This document shows positions 15,754 through 23,686 of a DNA stretch of 55,071 nucleotides, piece after piece. The translations under genes were made by a program, and so were the position numbers. The DNA comes from Candidatus Pacearchaeota archaeon (GTDB taxonomy: Archaea > Nanobdellota > Nanobdellia > Pacearchaeales > GW2011-AR1), in NCBI GenBank assembly GCA_016176815.1, contig JACOWL010000009.1, forward strand, positions 1 through 55,071, written 5' to 3'. A model generated the notes under the pieces. It saw only the letters and a list, made by a program, of their open reading frames with translations, had not been told where the DNA came from and made no database searches. Every line of letters starts with the position of its first letter. Position 1 is the stretch's first letter.

Positions 15754-15770
15754 ATCTTAACTATTGTTAA
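15754..15770. promoter_or_regulatory. Second copy of the ATCTTAACTATTGTTAA box, 3 nt upstream of the sod start codon
   Basis: Exact 17/17 match to 11944-11960. Confidence 0.6.
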
Positions 15771-15794
15771 TATTTGGGATATATAAATTTTCTG

Positions 15795-15804
15795 ATGCCC
15801 GAGA
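15795..15804. repeat. 10-nt exact copy (ATGCCCGAGA) of the tRNA-Arg 3' end plus trailer
   Basis: Identical to 15931-15940, 136 bp away. Further degenerate T-arm/acceptor-like pieces lie at 15855-15897. Confidence 0.5.
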
Positions 15805-15931
15805 CTGCTCCCGACCCCGCTCGGTAATTTAATTTTATTATTTGTAAAATTTTGTCCTCCGCGAAGTCGCTCGGGATTTGACACCAAGGTTCAAATCAAA
15901 AATTTAAATGCTGTTTAACAACAGCGCAAAA

Positions 15932-16006
15932 TGCCCGAGATAGGATTTGAACCTACGACCTAAAGGTTAGGAACCTTTCGCTCTATCCAAGCTGAGCTAC
16001 CCGGGC
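15932..16006 (-). tRNA. tRNA-Arg (anticodon CCU)
   Basis: Acceptor GCCCGGG/CTCGGGC (one G-U), D arm GCTC..GAGC, anticodon arm AAAGG-TTCCTAA-CCTTT, T arm GTAGG-TTCAAAT-CCTAT. Confidence 0.9.
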
Positions 16007-16056
16007 AAAAAATATTTTTTATGTAAGAAATTCATTTTTATAAATTATTTTGTAAA

Positions 16057-16140
16057 TGTGGGTGCTAGGATTCGAACCTAGGTAAGCACTAAGCTATCAG
16101 ATTTTGAGTCTGACCCGTTTGACCGCTCCGGCACACCCAC
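16057..16140 (-). tRNA. tRNA-Leu (anticodon CAA), type II
   Basis: Acceptor GTGGGTG/CACCCAC, anticodon arm TCAGA-CTCAAAA-TCTGA, T arm CTAGG-TTCGAAT-CCTAG. Confidence 0.9.
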
Positions 16141-16279
16141 TTAAAAATAAAAAATTCAAAGACATTTTAAAGTTATTGATTTTATTTCGCGGAGTGGGAA
16201 AACTAGTTTGACCCGAGCATTTACGTTTGATTTTATCCCGAAGGTAAAACTTTTATCTCAAACGTGGGTGCGAGTTCTT

Positions 16280-16298
16280 CGGCACATCCACTTAAAAA
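16280..16298. repeat. 19-nt copy (1 mismatch) of the tRNA-Leu(CAA) 5' end plus leader (CGGCACAYCCACTTAAAAA)
   Basis: Matches 16129-16147, 151 bp away. The adjacent sequence on the minus strand (GTGGATG...CACCCAC) can form an acceptor-like mini-helix. Confidence 0.7.
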
Positions 16299-16364
16299 AA
16301 TTAAGTTCAATAACATTTTAAAACTTACCATAAAAAATATAAAGCATGAATTTTATTTTTTATC

Positions 16365-16442
16365 ATGAAAAAAAATTGGCTGGAAATAATTTTGGATTTA
16401 ACCATGAAAAAAAATTGGCTGGAAATAATTTTGGATTTAACC
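16365..16442. repeat. Perfect 39-bp x2 tandem duplication that includes the start codon (MKKNWLEIILDLT x2)
   Basis: Units 16365-16403 and 16404-16442 are identical. Confidence 0.9.
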
Positions 16443-16796
16443 CTGACAAAGGAAGAAAGAATTCAGGCAGCATTTCACTTAGAAAATGCGGGCGACGACG
16501 AATCTGTTAAAATAATGGGAAAAGCATTATTTAGCGAACCCTCTCCGATTGTGAGGCATGAAATTGCTTTTTCCCTAGGAGAATCCTGCAATCCAAAACT
16601 TGCATCTAAATATTTAATGAAAGCAATTGAAGAAGATGAAAATATTTTTGTCAGACATGAAGCAATTTTAGCGTTGGCAACTTTAGGGAAAAAAGAATTT
16701 ATTCCTTTTATTAAAAGATATATTAATTCCCCCGAGTTAGAAATTGCCGAATCTGCGGAAATTGCTTTGCAAAGAATAAAGCAAACCGGCTCTTAG
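16365..16796 (+). CDS. HEAT/PBS-lyase-like repeat protein
   Basis: 'VRHEIAFSLGE' and 'VRHEAILALATLG' repeat motifs. The first 26 codons are a duplicated 13-codon unit, so the real start may be 16404. Confidence 0.6.
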   Translation: MKKNWLEIILDLTMKKNWLEIILDLTLTKEERIQAAFHLENAGDDESVKIMGKALFSEPSPIVRHEIAFSLGESCNPKLASKYLMKAIEEDENIFVRHEAILALATLGKKEFIPFIKRYINSPELEIAESAEIALQRIKQTGS

Positions 16797-16820
16797 AAAG
16801 TTTTAAAAGTATTAAAATCT

Positions 16821-16940
16821 CTGATTTTTTGAAGACGGTCTTAGTAATCGTGTCATACCTGATCTCATTCCGAACTCAGAAGTCAAGGCGATTACGCTGC
16901 CTGCGTTAGTAACGCCTTATTCTGGAAATGAAAAAATTAG
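16821..16940 (+). rRNA. 5S rRNA (stand-alone)
   Basis: 'CCTGATCTCATTCCGAACTCAGAAGTCAAG' is the conserved loop B/C core. Helix II GTAATCG/CGATTAC. An all-A/U helix I (CTGATTTTTT with AAAAAATTAG) gives a 120-nt molecule. Ends are approximate. Confidence 0.7.
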
Positions 16941-17051
16941 AATAAAAAATGGAATAAAATCAGTTGAATGTTTAAATTGCGGAAAAATAAATAGGTGGGG
17001 AATTAAAAAGATTCGACAATATTTTTTTATTTAATTTACTAATTTGTAATT

Positions 17052-17465
17052 CTATTTTGGGAGTTCATGACCTGCATTATAACTTTCCATGTAAATTTTA
17101 TCGGCCGCGAAGAGAACATTTCTAATTTTCTTATTTTTTAATCCATCATAGAATCCGTAGATTTGTTTTTCAAGTTCTGATAAATTCTGCGGGTCTCCTA
17201 ATTTACTTTTGATTTTATTCGCTGTTTCTTTATTATATAGAAAACCAAAACCCAAGCCAGCAAAACCTACATCTTCTTCCATTTTATACTTTTCTTTAAA
17301 AATAGCGGATATCTTTTTTATAACCAAGTATTTTGTAAAAATATTTACTTTTGGCTTAGAGTAAGCAATATATCTTTCAACCATGTCTGAAATTTCTCGT
17401 TCGTTTGTCATTTTATTTCTTTCCTCCTTTAAATTTAATTGTAAAATCACAGCTAAGCTGTTCAT
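17052..17465 (-). CDS. Hypothetical protein (the start is more likely the internal Met at 17411)
   Basis: ORF only; no motif recognised. Confidence 0.35.
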   Translation of the reverse strand: MNSLAVILQLNLKEERNKMTNEREISDMVERYIAYSKPKVNIFTKYLVIKKISAIFKEKYKMEEDVGFAGLGFGFLYNKETANKIKSKLGDPQNLSELEKQIYGFYDGLKNKKIRNVLFAADKIYMESYNAGHELPK

Positions 17466-17611
17466 TCTTGATTTTTAATTTTTTATTTTGTTTTATCATT
17501 TTATCTTCTTTATTGTTTGTCATGATAAAGTAATAATAATATGGTTCTTATATCTTTAGGGTATCTTATTACTACCATAATATTTATATAATCAAAATAA
17601 AATATTCTTTA

Positions 17612-18343
17612 ATGGAAGTAAAATTACTCAAAGAAATTGGCTTAACAGAAACCGAAATAAAGATTTATGTGGCATTGCTTTCTCTTGGCGCAACATCTGC
17701 TGGAAAAATATTTGATGAAACGGGGATACATAGAAAAAATTTATATGATGCTTTAAATAAACTCATTAGTAAAGGATTAGCAACATATGTCAAGGAAAAT
17801 AAAATTAAATTTTTCCAGGCAAAAAACCCTAAAAATCTCCTTAATTATATAGAAGAACAAAAATCAAGAATTGAAGAAAAGAAAACCGCAATTCAAAAAA
17901 TCATCCCGGAATTAACCGAGAAATTTAATTCTCTAACGCCTGAAATTGAAGCAGAGATTTACAGAGGAGAAGAAGGAATTAAAACAATTCTAAAAGATTG
18001 CCTGAATTATAAAGAAATATTAATGATTGGAGCAACTGGGGATGTTGAAAATCGGCTTCCATATTTTTGGCCCCAATATAACAAAAAAAGAGAAAAATTA
18101 AAATGCAAGTGGAAATTGCTTCTTGTTCATGAAGCAAAAGAAAAATCAATCACAAAGTCAAAATATTATGAATATAAAGTTCTTCCAAAAATATTAAGCG
18201 GATTAAATGTAATTTATATTTATGGAGATTATGTCGCAAATATATTATGGTTAGAAAAGCCTCTCGCGTTTGTAATCAAACATAAAGAACTTGCAAAAAA
18301 TTATAGAAAATATTTTGATTATTTATGGAAAACTATAAAATAA
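17612..18343 (+). CDS. TrmB-family transcriptional regulator
   Basis: 'GLTETEIKIYVALLSLGATSAGKIFDETGIHRKNLYDALNKLISKGL' is the typical TrmB N-terminal wHTH. Confidence 0.8.
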   Translation: MEVKLLKEIGLTETEIKIYVALLSLGATSAGKIFDETGIHRKNLYDALNKLISKGLATYVKENKIKFFQAKNPKNLLNYIEEQKSRIEEKKTAIQKIIPELTEKFNSLTPEIEAEIYRGEEGIKTILKDCLNYKEILMIGATGDVENRLPYFWPQYNKKREKLKCKWKLLLVHEAKEKSITKSKYYEYKVLPKILSGLNVIYIYGDYVANILWLEKPLAFVIKHKELAKNYRKYFDYLWKTIK

Positions 18344-18347
18344 AATT

Positions 18348-18545
18348 TTAACTTTTCTTAAACTTGCTTACTAATTCAATAGTATCTGTTTGCCCCAAAA
18401 ATACCGAGCGACAGCACATTCTTTCCAATCCAAGTTCATCAAGAACTTTTTTTTGGTTTTCTCCGGATGCAACTCTCTGTTTGAATTGCTCCCACAACTG
18501 ACCAACTGGCTTTCCACATCCAAAACATCTCACAGGTATTATCAT
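18348..18545 (-). CDS. rpoN: DNA-directed RNA polymerase subunit N (Rpo10)
   Basis: 'MIIPVRCFGCGKPVG..W..F' and 'CCR' zinc motif. 65 aa. Confidence 0.9.
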   Translation of the reverse strand: MIIPVRCFGCGKPVGQLWEQFKQRVASGENQKKVLDELGLERMCCRSVFLGQTDTIELVSKFKKS

Positions 18546-18665
18546 ATTATTATCTCTCTAAATTCTTTTTTAAAGCTTTTGATTTGCAAAATTATTTAAA
18601 TTATATTCCTTATTCATGCAAATATTTAAAAAGAATTTAAATATTAATTTTTAATAAAAAAGAAG

Positions 18666-18851
18666 ATGATAAAAAGATGTGTTTATTGTCGGCAGGATAT
18701 TCAGGATAAAAGAGCGGTAGATGTTTGCAATAAATGCGGAGTCGGCGTTTGGGGCGAAAGAATGTTTAATGCAATTCTTCAGGGCATGAATCAAGCAGAT
18801 GCAAAAGGAGATTTAGGCATTGAACACACTCTTCCAGAGGACAAAATTTAG
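18666..18851 (+). CDS. Small zinc-ribbon protein, hypothetical
   Basis: CxxC...CxxC ('CVYC...CNKC'). 61 aa. Confidence 0.4.
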   Translation: MIKRCVYCRQDIQDKRAVDVCNKCGVGVWGERMFNAILQGMNQADAKGDLGIEHTLPEDKI

Positions 18852-18921
18852 CAGTTAAATTCTTTTTTCTAAAGGATAGATTTTTAAATTAGTCTTTTTT
18901 TGGTATTTATAGAATATTAAA

Positions 18922-19191
18922 ATGGTAAAACGAAAAAATATAAGAGAAGCCGGAAAAATCAGTTTTAGCAGGGCTTTTCAGGATTTTAAAGCGGGAGATT
19001 CTGTTTCAGTTGTTATAGAAAAAGCAAGACCCATGAGTTTTCCTAAAAGGATTCAGGGACGATGCGGAGTTATTGAAGAAAGACGCGGAAATTCATTTGT
19101 TGTCAGCATAAATGATTTGGAAAAAGAGAAAAAATTTATAATTAATCCCTTGCATTTAAAGAAAATAAATGCGGTTAAATCTTTACAATGA
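18922..19191 (+). CDS. rpl21e: 50S ribosomal protein eL21 (L21e)
   Basis: 'FKAGDSVSVVIEKA...FPKRIQGRCGVIEERRGNSFVV'. Conserved L21e-rpoF-DUF655 gene order. Confidence 0.85.
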   Translation: MVKRKNIREAGKISFSRAFQDFKAGDSVSVVIEKARPMSFPKRIQGRCGVIEERRGNSFVVSINDLEKEKKFIINPLHLKKINAVKSLQ

Positions 19192-19484
19192 TAATAAAAA
19201 GCGCGCCATTAAGCGCATCAGAATCAAAAGAATATCTTGGAAAAGAACATGAAACTCTAAAAAGTTTTATTAACAAATTTACAGAATTAAACGCAAAACA
19301 GGCAAAAGATTTTAGGAAAAAATTAGAAGATTTGAATTTAATGAAGCTAAATGCAAAAAATATTTCAAAAGTAATAGACATTATGCCTGCTAATTTAGAA
19401 GAAATAAATAAAATATTTACCGATATAAGTTTAGACGAAAATGAGGCAAATAAAATACTTGACATCGTTAAGCAATTTGAATAA
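19188..19484 (+). CDS. rpoF: RNA polymerase subunit F (Rpo4)-like
   Basis: Size, helical content and conserved position between L21e and the DUF655 gene. Confidence 0.6.
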   Translation: MIIKSAPLSASESKEYLGKEHETLKSFINKFTELNAKQAKDFRKKLEDLNLMKLNAKNISKVIDIMPANLEEINKIFTDISLDENEANKILDIVKQFE

Positions 19485-19492
19485 TAATCAAA

Positions 19493-20026
19493 ATGAAAGA
19501 AGAAACAGCAATAATCTTAGAATATCTGCCAAATGGGTATCCATTGGAGAAAAAAATGATGCCGCTAGCCCAGGCTATAGGGGAAAATAATTATACACTT
19601 CTGGAACTTGCTCCAAGAAGAGGAGTTTTATTAGAGCCCGGCGAAGCAGTGTATATTGGTCCTGCAAAGAGAGATAAAATATATTATATTCTTGGAAAAT
19701 TGCCAAAAGAAAAATTAACCGAATCTGCAAAACAGCAATTAGGAGAATTTATAAAGAAGGTTGTTGAAAAAAAAGAACAAGAATTTGTGAATTTTTTTAA
19801 CAAGTCAGAAGCAATTAATAAAAGATTCCATCAAATAGAATTGCTTCCCGGATTAGGAAAAAAACATATGAAAGAAATAATCAAGCAAAGACAAGAAAAG
19901 CAATTTGAATCATTTGAAGATATGAAAAAAAGAATTTCAAATTTGCCCGACCCTAAAAAAGCAATTGAAAAAAGAATGTTCAAAGAATTAACCGAAGAAG
20001 AAAGACACAACCTTTTTGTAAAATAA
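19493..20026 (+). CDS. DUF655 / COG1491 putative RNA-binding protein
   Basis: 'ILEYLPNGYP...AQAIGENNYTLLEL.PR' and 'LLPGLGKKHMKEII..R' helix-hairpin-helix-like segment. Confidence 0.7.
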   Translation: MKEETAIILEYLPNGYPLEKKMMPLAQAIGENNYTLLELAPRRGVLLEPGEAVYIGPAKRDKIYYILGKLPKEKLTESAKQQLGEFIKKVVEKKEQEFVNFFNKSEAINKRFHQIELLPGLGKKHMKEIIKQRQEKQFESFEDMKKRISNLPDPKKAIEKRMFKELTEEERHNLFVK

Positions 20027-20033
20027 AAATAAA

Positions 20034-20567
20034 ATGGCAGAACAAAAACAAAAAACTAAAGATAATCCTCATTATCCAAATCCTAAAGATAAGAAAGAAG
20101 CTGTAAAAAAAATCCCGCAAAAATTTGAACTGGAAGATCGCGGAAGAATTATCAGAATTATGCAGAAAGATATAGAAGGAAGAATGAAACTTTATCCGGG
20201 ATTAACAAAAATAAAAGGAATTTCATGGAGTTTGTCAAATGCTGTCTGCAAAAAGTTAGGATTTGATAAAAATAGAAAAATAGAATCTCTTTCAGAATCT
20301 GAAATAAAAAAACTTGAAGAATTTTTAAAAGCTCCGGAAATTCCAAAATTTTTGAAAAACAGGCAAAAAGATTTTGAAACCGGCGAAGACGGGCATTTAA
20401 TCGGCTCTAATTTGGAATTAAGAAAAGAATTTGATATTAAAAGAATGAAAAAAATAAAATCCTATAAAGGATACAGGCACGTTGCCGGGCTTCCTGTAAG
20501 AGGCCAGAGAACAAGAGCCCATTTTAGAAAAAACAGATCAAGAGGGGCAGGAATTAAAAAGAAATAA
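20034..20567 (+). CDS. rps13: 30S ribosomal protein uS13
   Basis: 'YKGYRHVAGLPVRGQRTRAHFRKN'. Confidence 0.9.
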   Translation: MAEQKQKTKDNPHYPNPKDKKEAVKKIPQKFELEDRGRIIRIMQKDIEGRMKLYPGLTKIKGISWSLSNAVCKKLGFDKNRKIESLSESEIKKLEEFLKAPEIPKFLKNRQKDFETGEDGHLIGSNLELRKEFDIKRMKKIKSYKGYRHVAGLPVRGQRTRAHFRKNRSRGAGIKKK

Positions 20568-20691
20568 AATAAAAAATGAAAAATGAACAAAAAATAAATT
20601 TTTTGACGCATTCGTCAAATGGGAACGAAAAGCAGGAAACTTTTCGACAAATTTGCCCAAGCGCGGTCAAATTAAACAGGAAATTTGCCAA

Positions 20692-21192
20692 ATGAAACGC
20701 AAACATAAATTATATTCAAATCCAAAAAAACCTTTTGATAAACTAAGAATTGATGAAGAAAAAAAAATTACGGAAGAATTTGGCTTAAAAAATAAAAAGG
20801 AAATTTGGAAAGCTGCAGCAAAAGTTAAATTAGTTAGGGAGAAAGCCAGAAAATTAATCAAAAGTTCTCCCGAAAAACAGAAAGTTTTATTTGATCAATT
20901 AAGAGAGATAGGCATAAAAGCGGACTCGCTTACAGACGCTTTTGCTTTAGACACCAAAAATTATTTAGAAAGGCGGCTGCAAACAGTTGTTTTTAAAAAA
21001 AAGCTTGCAAATACAATAAAAGAAGCAAGACAAAAAATTGTCCACAGAAAAGTTTTAGTTGACGGGAAAGTTCTTAACAAACCTTCATATCTTGTTCCTG
21101 TTGAACTAGAAAATAAAATCACAATTAAGGAAAAACAAAAACCGCAGTTTAAAAAAGAAGTTTCAGAAAATAAAATAGAAGCAGAATCTTAA
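20692..21192 (+). CDS. rps4: 30S ribosomal protein uS4
   Basis: 'RLQTVVFKKKLANTIKEARQKIVHRKVLVDGKVLNKPSYLV' S4 domain. ATG at 20692 preferred over the track's TTG at 20653. Confidence 0.85.
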   Translation: MKRKHKLYSNPKKPFDKLRIDEEKKITEEFGLKNKKEIWKAAAKVKLVREKARKLIKSSPEKQKVLFDQLREIGIKADSLTDAFALDTKNYLERRLQTVVFKKKLANTIKEARQKIVHRKVLVDGKVLNKPSYLVPVELENKITIKEKQKPQFKKEVSENKIEAES

Positions 21193-21194
21193 AT

Positions 21195-21722
21195 ATGGAA
21201 AATAAAAAAATAAAAACCCAGCAAAAAATTTCAGAAGAGAATATAGATTCGCCAAAAGAAAAAAATATTGAAGCTGATGAAAATATTCAGGAAATAAGTT
21301 TAGATTCTGAAGATGACGGCGTAAGCGGGACAAAAATACATAAAGTTAAAGAAATAGAAGCGATTGTTCATGTTTATACTTCTTATAATAATACAATTGT
21401 TCACGTCACAGATATGTCTGGCAGAACAATTATAAAAATTTCAGGAGGAATGATTACCAAGCAGGACAGGTTAAAAGCAAACCCGACTATTGCAATGTTT
21501 ATTGCTAAAAGAATTTCTGAGAAAATGAAAGAAGAGAAAATTAAAAACTTATATTTAAGGGTTCGGGCGAAAACAGGAAATCCTGCTCCCGGACCCGGCG
21601 CAAATGCAATAGTAAAAAGTTTGTCCAGAGAAGGATTCAAAATAATTAACATTCTTGATACTACAAGAATCCCGCGCGGAGGTCCAAAGATTAAAGGCGG
21701 CAGAAGGGGCAGGAGACCTTAA
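21195..21722 (+). CDS. rps11: 30S ribosomal protein uS11 with a ~50-aa acidic N-terminal extension
   Basis: 'VHVYTSYNNTIVHVTD', 'LYLRVRA..G...PGPGA'. Confidence 0.85.
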   Translation: MENKKIKTQQKISEENIDSPKEKNIEADENIQEISLDSEDDGVSGTKIHKVKEIEAIVHVYTSYNNTIVHVTDMSGRTIIKISGGMITKQDRLKANPTIAMFIAKRISEKMKEEKIKNLYLRVRAKTGNPAPGPGANAIVKSLSREGFKIINILDTTRIPRGGPKIKGGRRGRRP

Positions 21723-21760
21723 ATAAATAGTTTTAAAAAACAATTTCAATAAATATTAAT

Positions 21761-22447
21761 ATGAAACTAATAAAGAAAAAAACAGATAAATTAATTTTTT
21801 CAGCAGAAGTTGATAATAGTCTGGCAAATGCAATCAGGAGATATATAAGCCAGATACCAATTGTTGCCGTCGATGAAGTGGAGATTTCAAAAAACGATTC
21901 TGCATTATACGATGAAACTCTTGCGCATAGGATTGGACTGATTCCGCTGAAAGCAAAAAAACAAACCGGAAAAATAAAATTAGACTCAAAAAAAGAAGGA
22001 ATTGTTTATTCAGGTGAATTAAAAGGGGATGCGGAAGTTGTTTATGATAAAATTCCAATTACTCTGCTGGACAAAGGTCAGGAATTAGAAATAAAAGCAA
22101 CACTGAAATCTGGAAGAGGTTTCGAACACGCTAAATTTTCTCCGGGATTAATGTTTTTTAGAAATATTGCTGAATTAAAAATAGACAAGAAATTTAAAGA
22201 CAAAATTAAAAAGATTTGCCCTAATGCAAATATAAAAGAAAGCGGAAATCAAATCATCATTATTGACGACGGAGAAGAAGAAATCTCGGATGTTTGCGCA
22301 GGCATCGCTGAAAAAGCTGGCGAAAAACCGGAGATGAAGGAAAATTCTGAATTAATAATTAAGTTGGAAAGTTTTGGACAGATTTCTCTGGAAGCGCTTT
22401 TTGAGAAATCAATTGATGAATTGAGAAAAGATTTTCATGCTGTTTAG
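21761..22447 (+). CDS. rpoD: DNA-directed RNA polymerase subunit D (Rpo3)
   Basis: 'LANAIRRYI..IP..AVDEVEI..N.S.L.DE.LAHRIGLIPL'. Confidence 0.85.
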   Translation: MKLIKKKTDKLIFSAEVDNSLANAIRRYISQIPIVAVDEVEISKNDSALYDETLAHRIGLIPLKAKKQTGKIKLDSKKEGIVYSGELKGDAEVVYDKIPITLLDKGQELEIKATLKSGRGFEHAKFSPGLMFFRNIAELKIDKKFKDKIKKICPNANIKESGNQIIIIDDGEEEISDVCAGIAEKAGEKPEMKENSELIIKLESFGQISLEALFEKSIDELRKDFHAV

Positions 22448-22460
22448 GATGACATTTTAA

Positions 22461-22490
22461 ATAAATCCGAGTTGCGAAAGCAACGAGCAA
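22461..22490 (-). terminator. GC-rich hairpin CTCGTTGC-TTTC-GCAACTCGGATTT (minus-strand reading) between convergent genes
   Basis: 5-bp GC stem followed by a T-rich tract. Family member of 51614-51640. Confidence 0.5.
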
Positions 22491-22493
22491 TTT

Positions 22494-22976
22494 CTAAATA
22501 TTTCTCGCAATCACAAAACTAACTAACCCTAAAACAAAAAGCCCTGCTCCGATAATACCAGAAGAATTTGGCGTTGCTGTAAGAATCGCATTTCCCGTTA
22601 TATTATTTGAAAGAAAAAACGCGCTTGCTAAAACAGAAGCGATTGAAATTATTGAGAGAGAGCTTTCTAAGCCTTTATGTTTGATATATTTTTTGAGAAT
22701 TGGATTTTTTTCTATTTCTTCGTAGGAAAATGTTTTTTTGATTGGATTTTTATAATCTCCTTTAAGAAAATGGGTTTCAGTTAGATATAATTCAAAAGAT
22801 ATTCCTTTTTTCTCTTTTTTAGTATCTAACTTTCCATAAGCAACATCAGTATACTTATCCATTATGTGAGAAAAAACATTTTTATAAAATTCTTTGGATT
22901 TTTCGAGAGCAAAAATTAACTCATCTAACTCATCTCCCTCAATCTTTTTCTTAAACAATCTCTTTATCCGGTTCAT
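22494..22976 (-). CDS. Hypothetical protein with C-terminal TM segments
   Basis: Hydrophobic 'LSIISIASVLASAFFL' and 'GIIGAGLFVLGLVSFVIA'. Confidence 0.4.
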   Translation of the reverse strand: MNRIKRLFKKKIEGDELDELIFALEKSKEFYKNVFSHIMDKYTDVAYGKLDTKKEKKGISFELYLTETHFLKGDYKNPIKKTFSYEEIEKNPILKKYIKHKGLESSLSIISIASVLASAFFLSNNITGNAILTATPNSSGIIGAGLFVLGLVSFVIARNI

Positions 22977-22991
22977 ATTCTCTTAATAAAA

Positions 22992-23017
22992 AATAACTAT
23001 TTAATCTTTTTGTTTTT
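22992..23017. repeat. Left copy of a 25/26-bp direct repeat AATAACTATTTAATCTTTT(T)TGTTTT flanking the HEPN/MNT pair
   Basis: Matches 24192-24217 apart from a one-T length difference. Confidence 0.8.
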
Positions 23018-23055
23018 ATGAATTCAGAATCAAAAAGTTTATATATCTCATAAAT

Positions 23056-23071
23056 GAGATAATATTATCTC
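23056..23071. promoter_or_regulatory. Perfect 16-bp palindrome GAGATAATATTATCTC, 3 nt upstream of the MNT start codon
   Basis: Read directly. Candidate autoregulatory operator. Confidence 0.55.
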
Positions 23072-23074
23072 AAA

Positions 23075-23686
23075 ATGGAAATACTTGCAAAAAATGAGCT
23101 AAAAATATTGAAGTTATATAAAAAAAATATTTTTCTAAAAATTAGTATAAGAGAAATAATGAGAAAAATTAACAGCAAATCTTATCAGAGAGTTTATGAA
23201 GCGGTTGATAAACTAAATAAAAAAAATATTTTGGGTTTGGAAAAAATTGGAAATACTAATTTAATAAGTTTGAAATTATCAAGGGAATCTATTTTACTTT
23301 TAAGTTTTTTAGATGAAAAAGAAGCGGATAAAATTCCCAATTACTCAAATATTATAAATATTAAAGAGATTTCAGATTTCCTCATCGTAGTAACCGGGAG
23401 CTATGCTAAAGGAAATTTTAATAAAAAGTCAGATATGGATTTAGTCATAATTATTCCGGAAAAAGAAAATGTTGTTTCTGTTCAGAAATTAGTTGAAAAT
23501 ATGACTATGCTTTTTGTCCCCCAAATTCATTTATATGTTTTAAGAAAAAAAGACTTTTTAGAAATGCTTAGAAGCAAAGAAGGGAATTACGGAAAAGAAA
23601 TTGTAAAAAATAAGATAATCTTAAAAAATGCGCAAATGTTTTATGAATTAGTCAAGGAGGCAATAGAAAATGGATATAATGGTTAA
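23075..23686 (+). CDS. Nucleotidyltransferase (MNT-type antitoxin-like) with an N-terminal wHTH
   Basis: 'VTGSYAKGNFNKKSDMDLVIII' is the G-S-x(n)-D-x-D NTase motif. Confidence 0.7.
   Translation: MEILAKNELKILKLYKKNIFLKISIREIMRKINSKSYQRVYEAVDKLNKKNILGLEKIGNTNLISLKLSRESILLLSFLDEKEADKIPNYSNIINIKEISDFLIVVTGSYAKGNFNKKSDMDLVIIIPEKENVVSVQKLVENMTMLFVPQIHLYVLRKKDFLEMLRSKEGNYGKEIVKNKIILKNAQMFYELVKEAIENGYNG

Noticed and set aside
16835-16925. 5S rRNA looked truncated (no GC helix I)
   Set aside because: Extending by about 15 nt on each side gives a 10-bp A/U helix I and a canonical 120-nt length, so it is annotated as a full 5S pending a covariance-model check.
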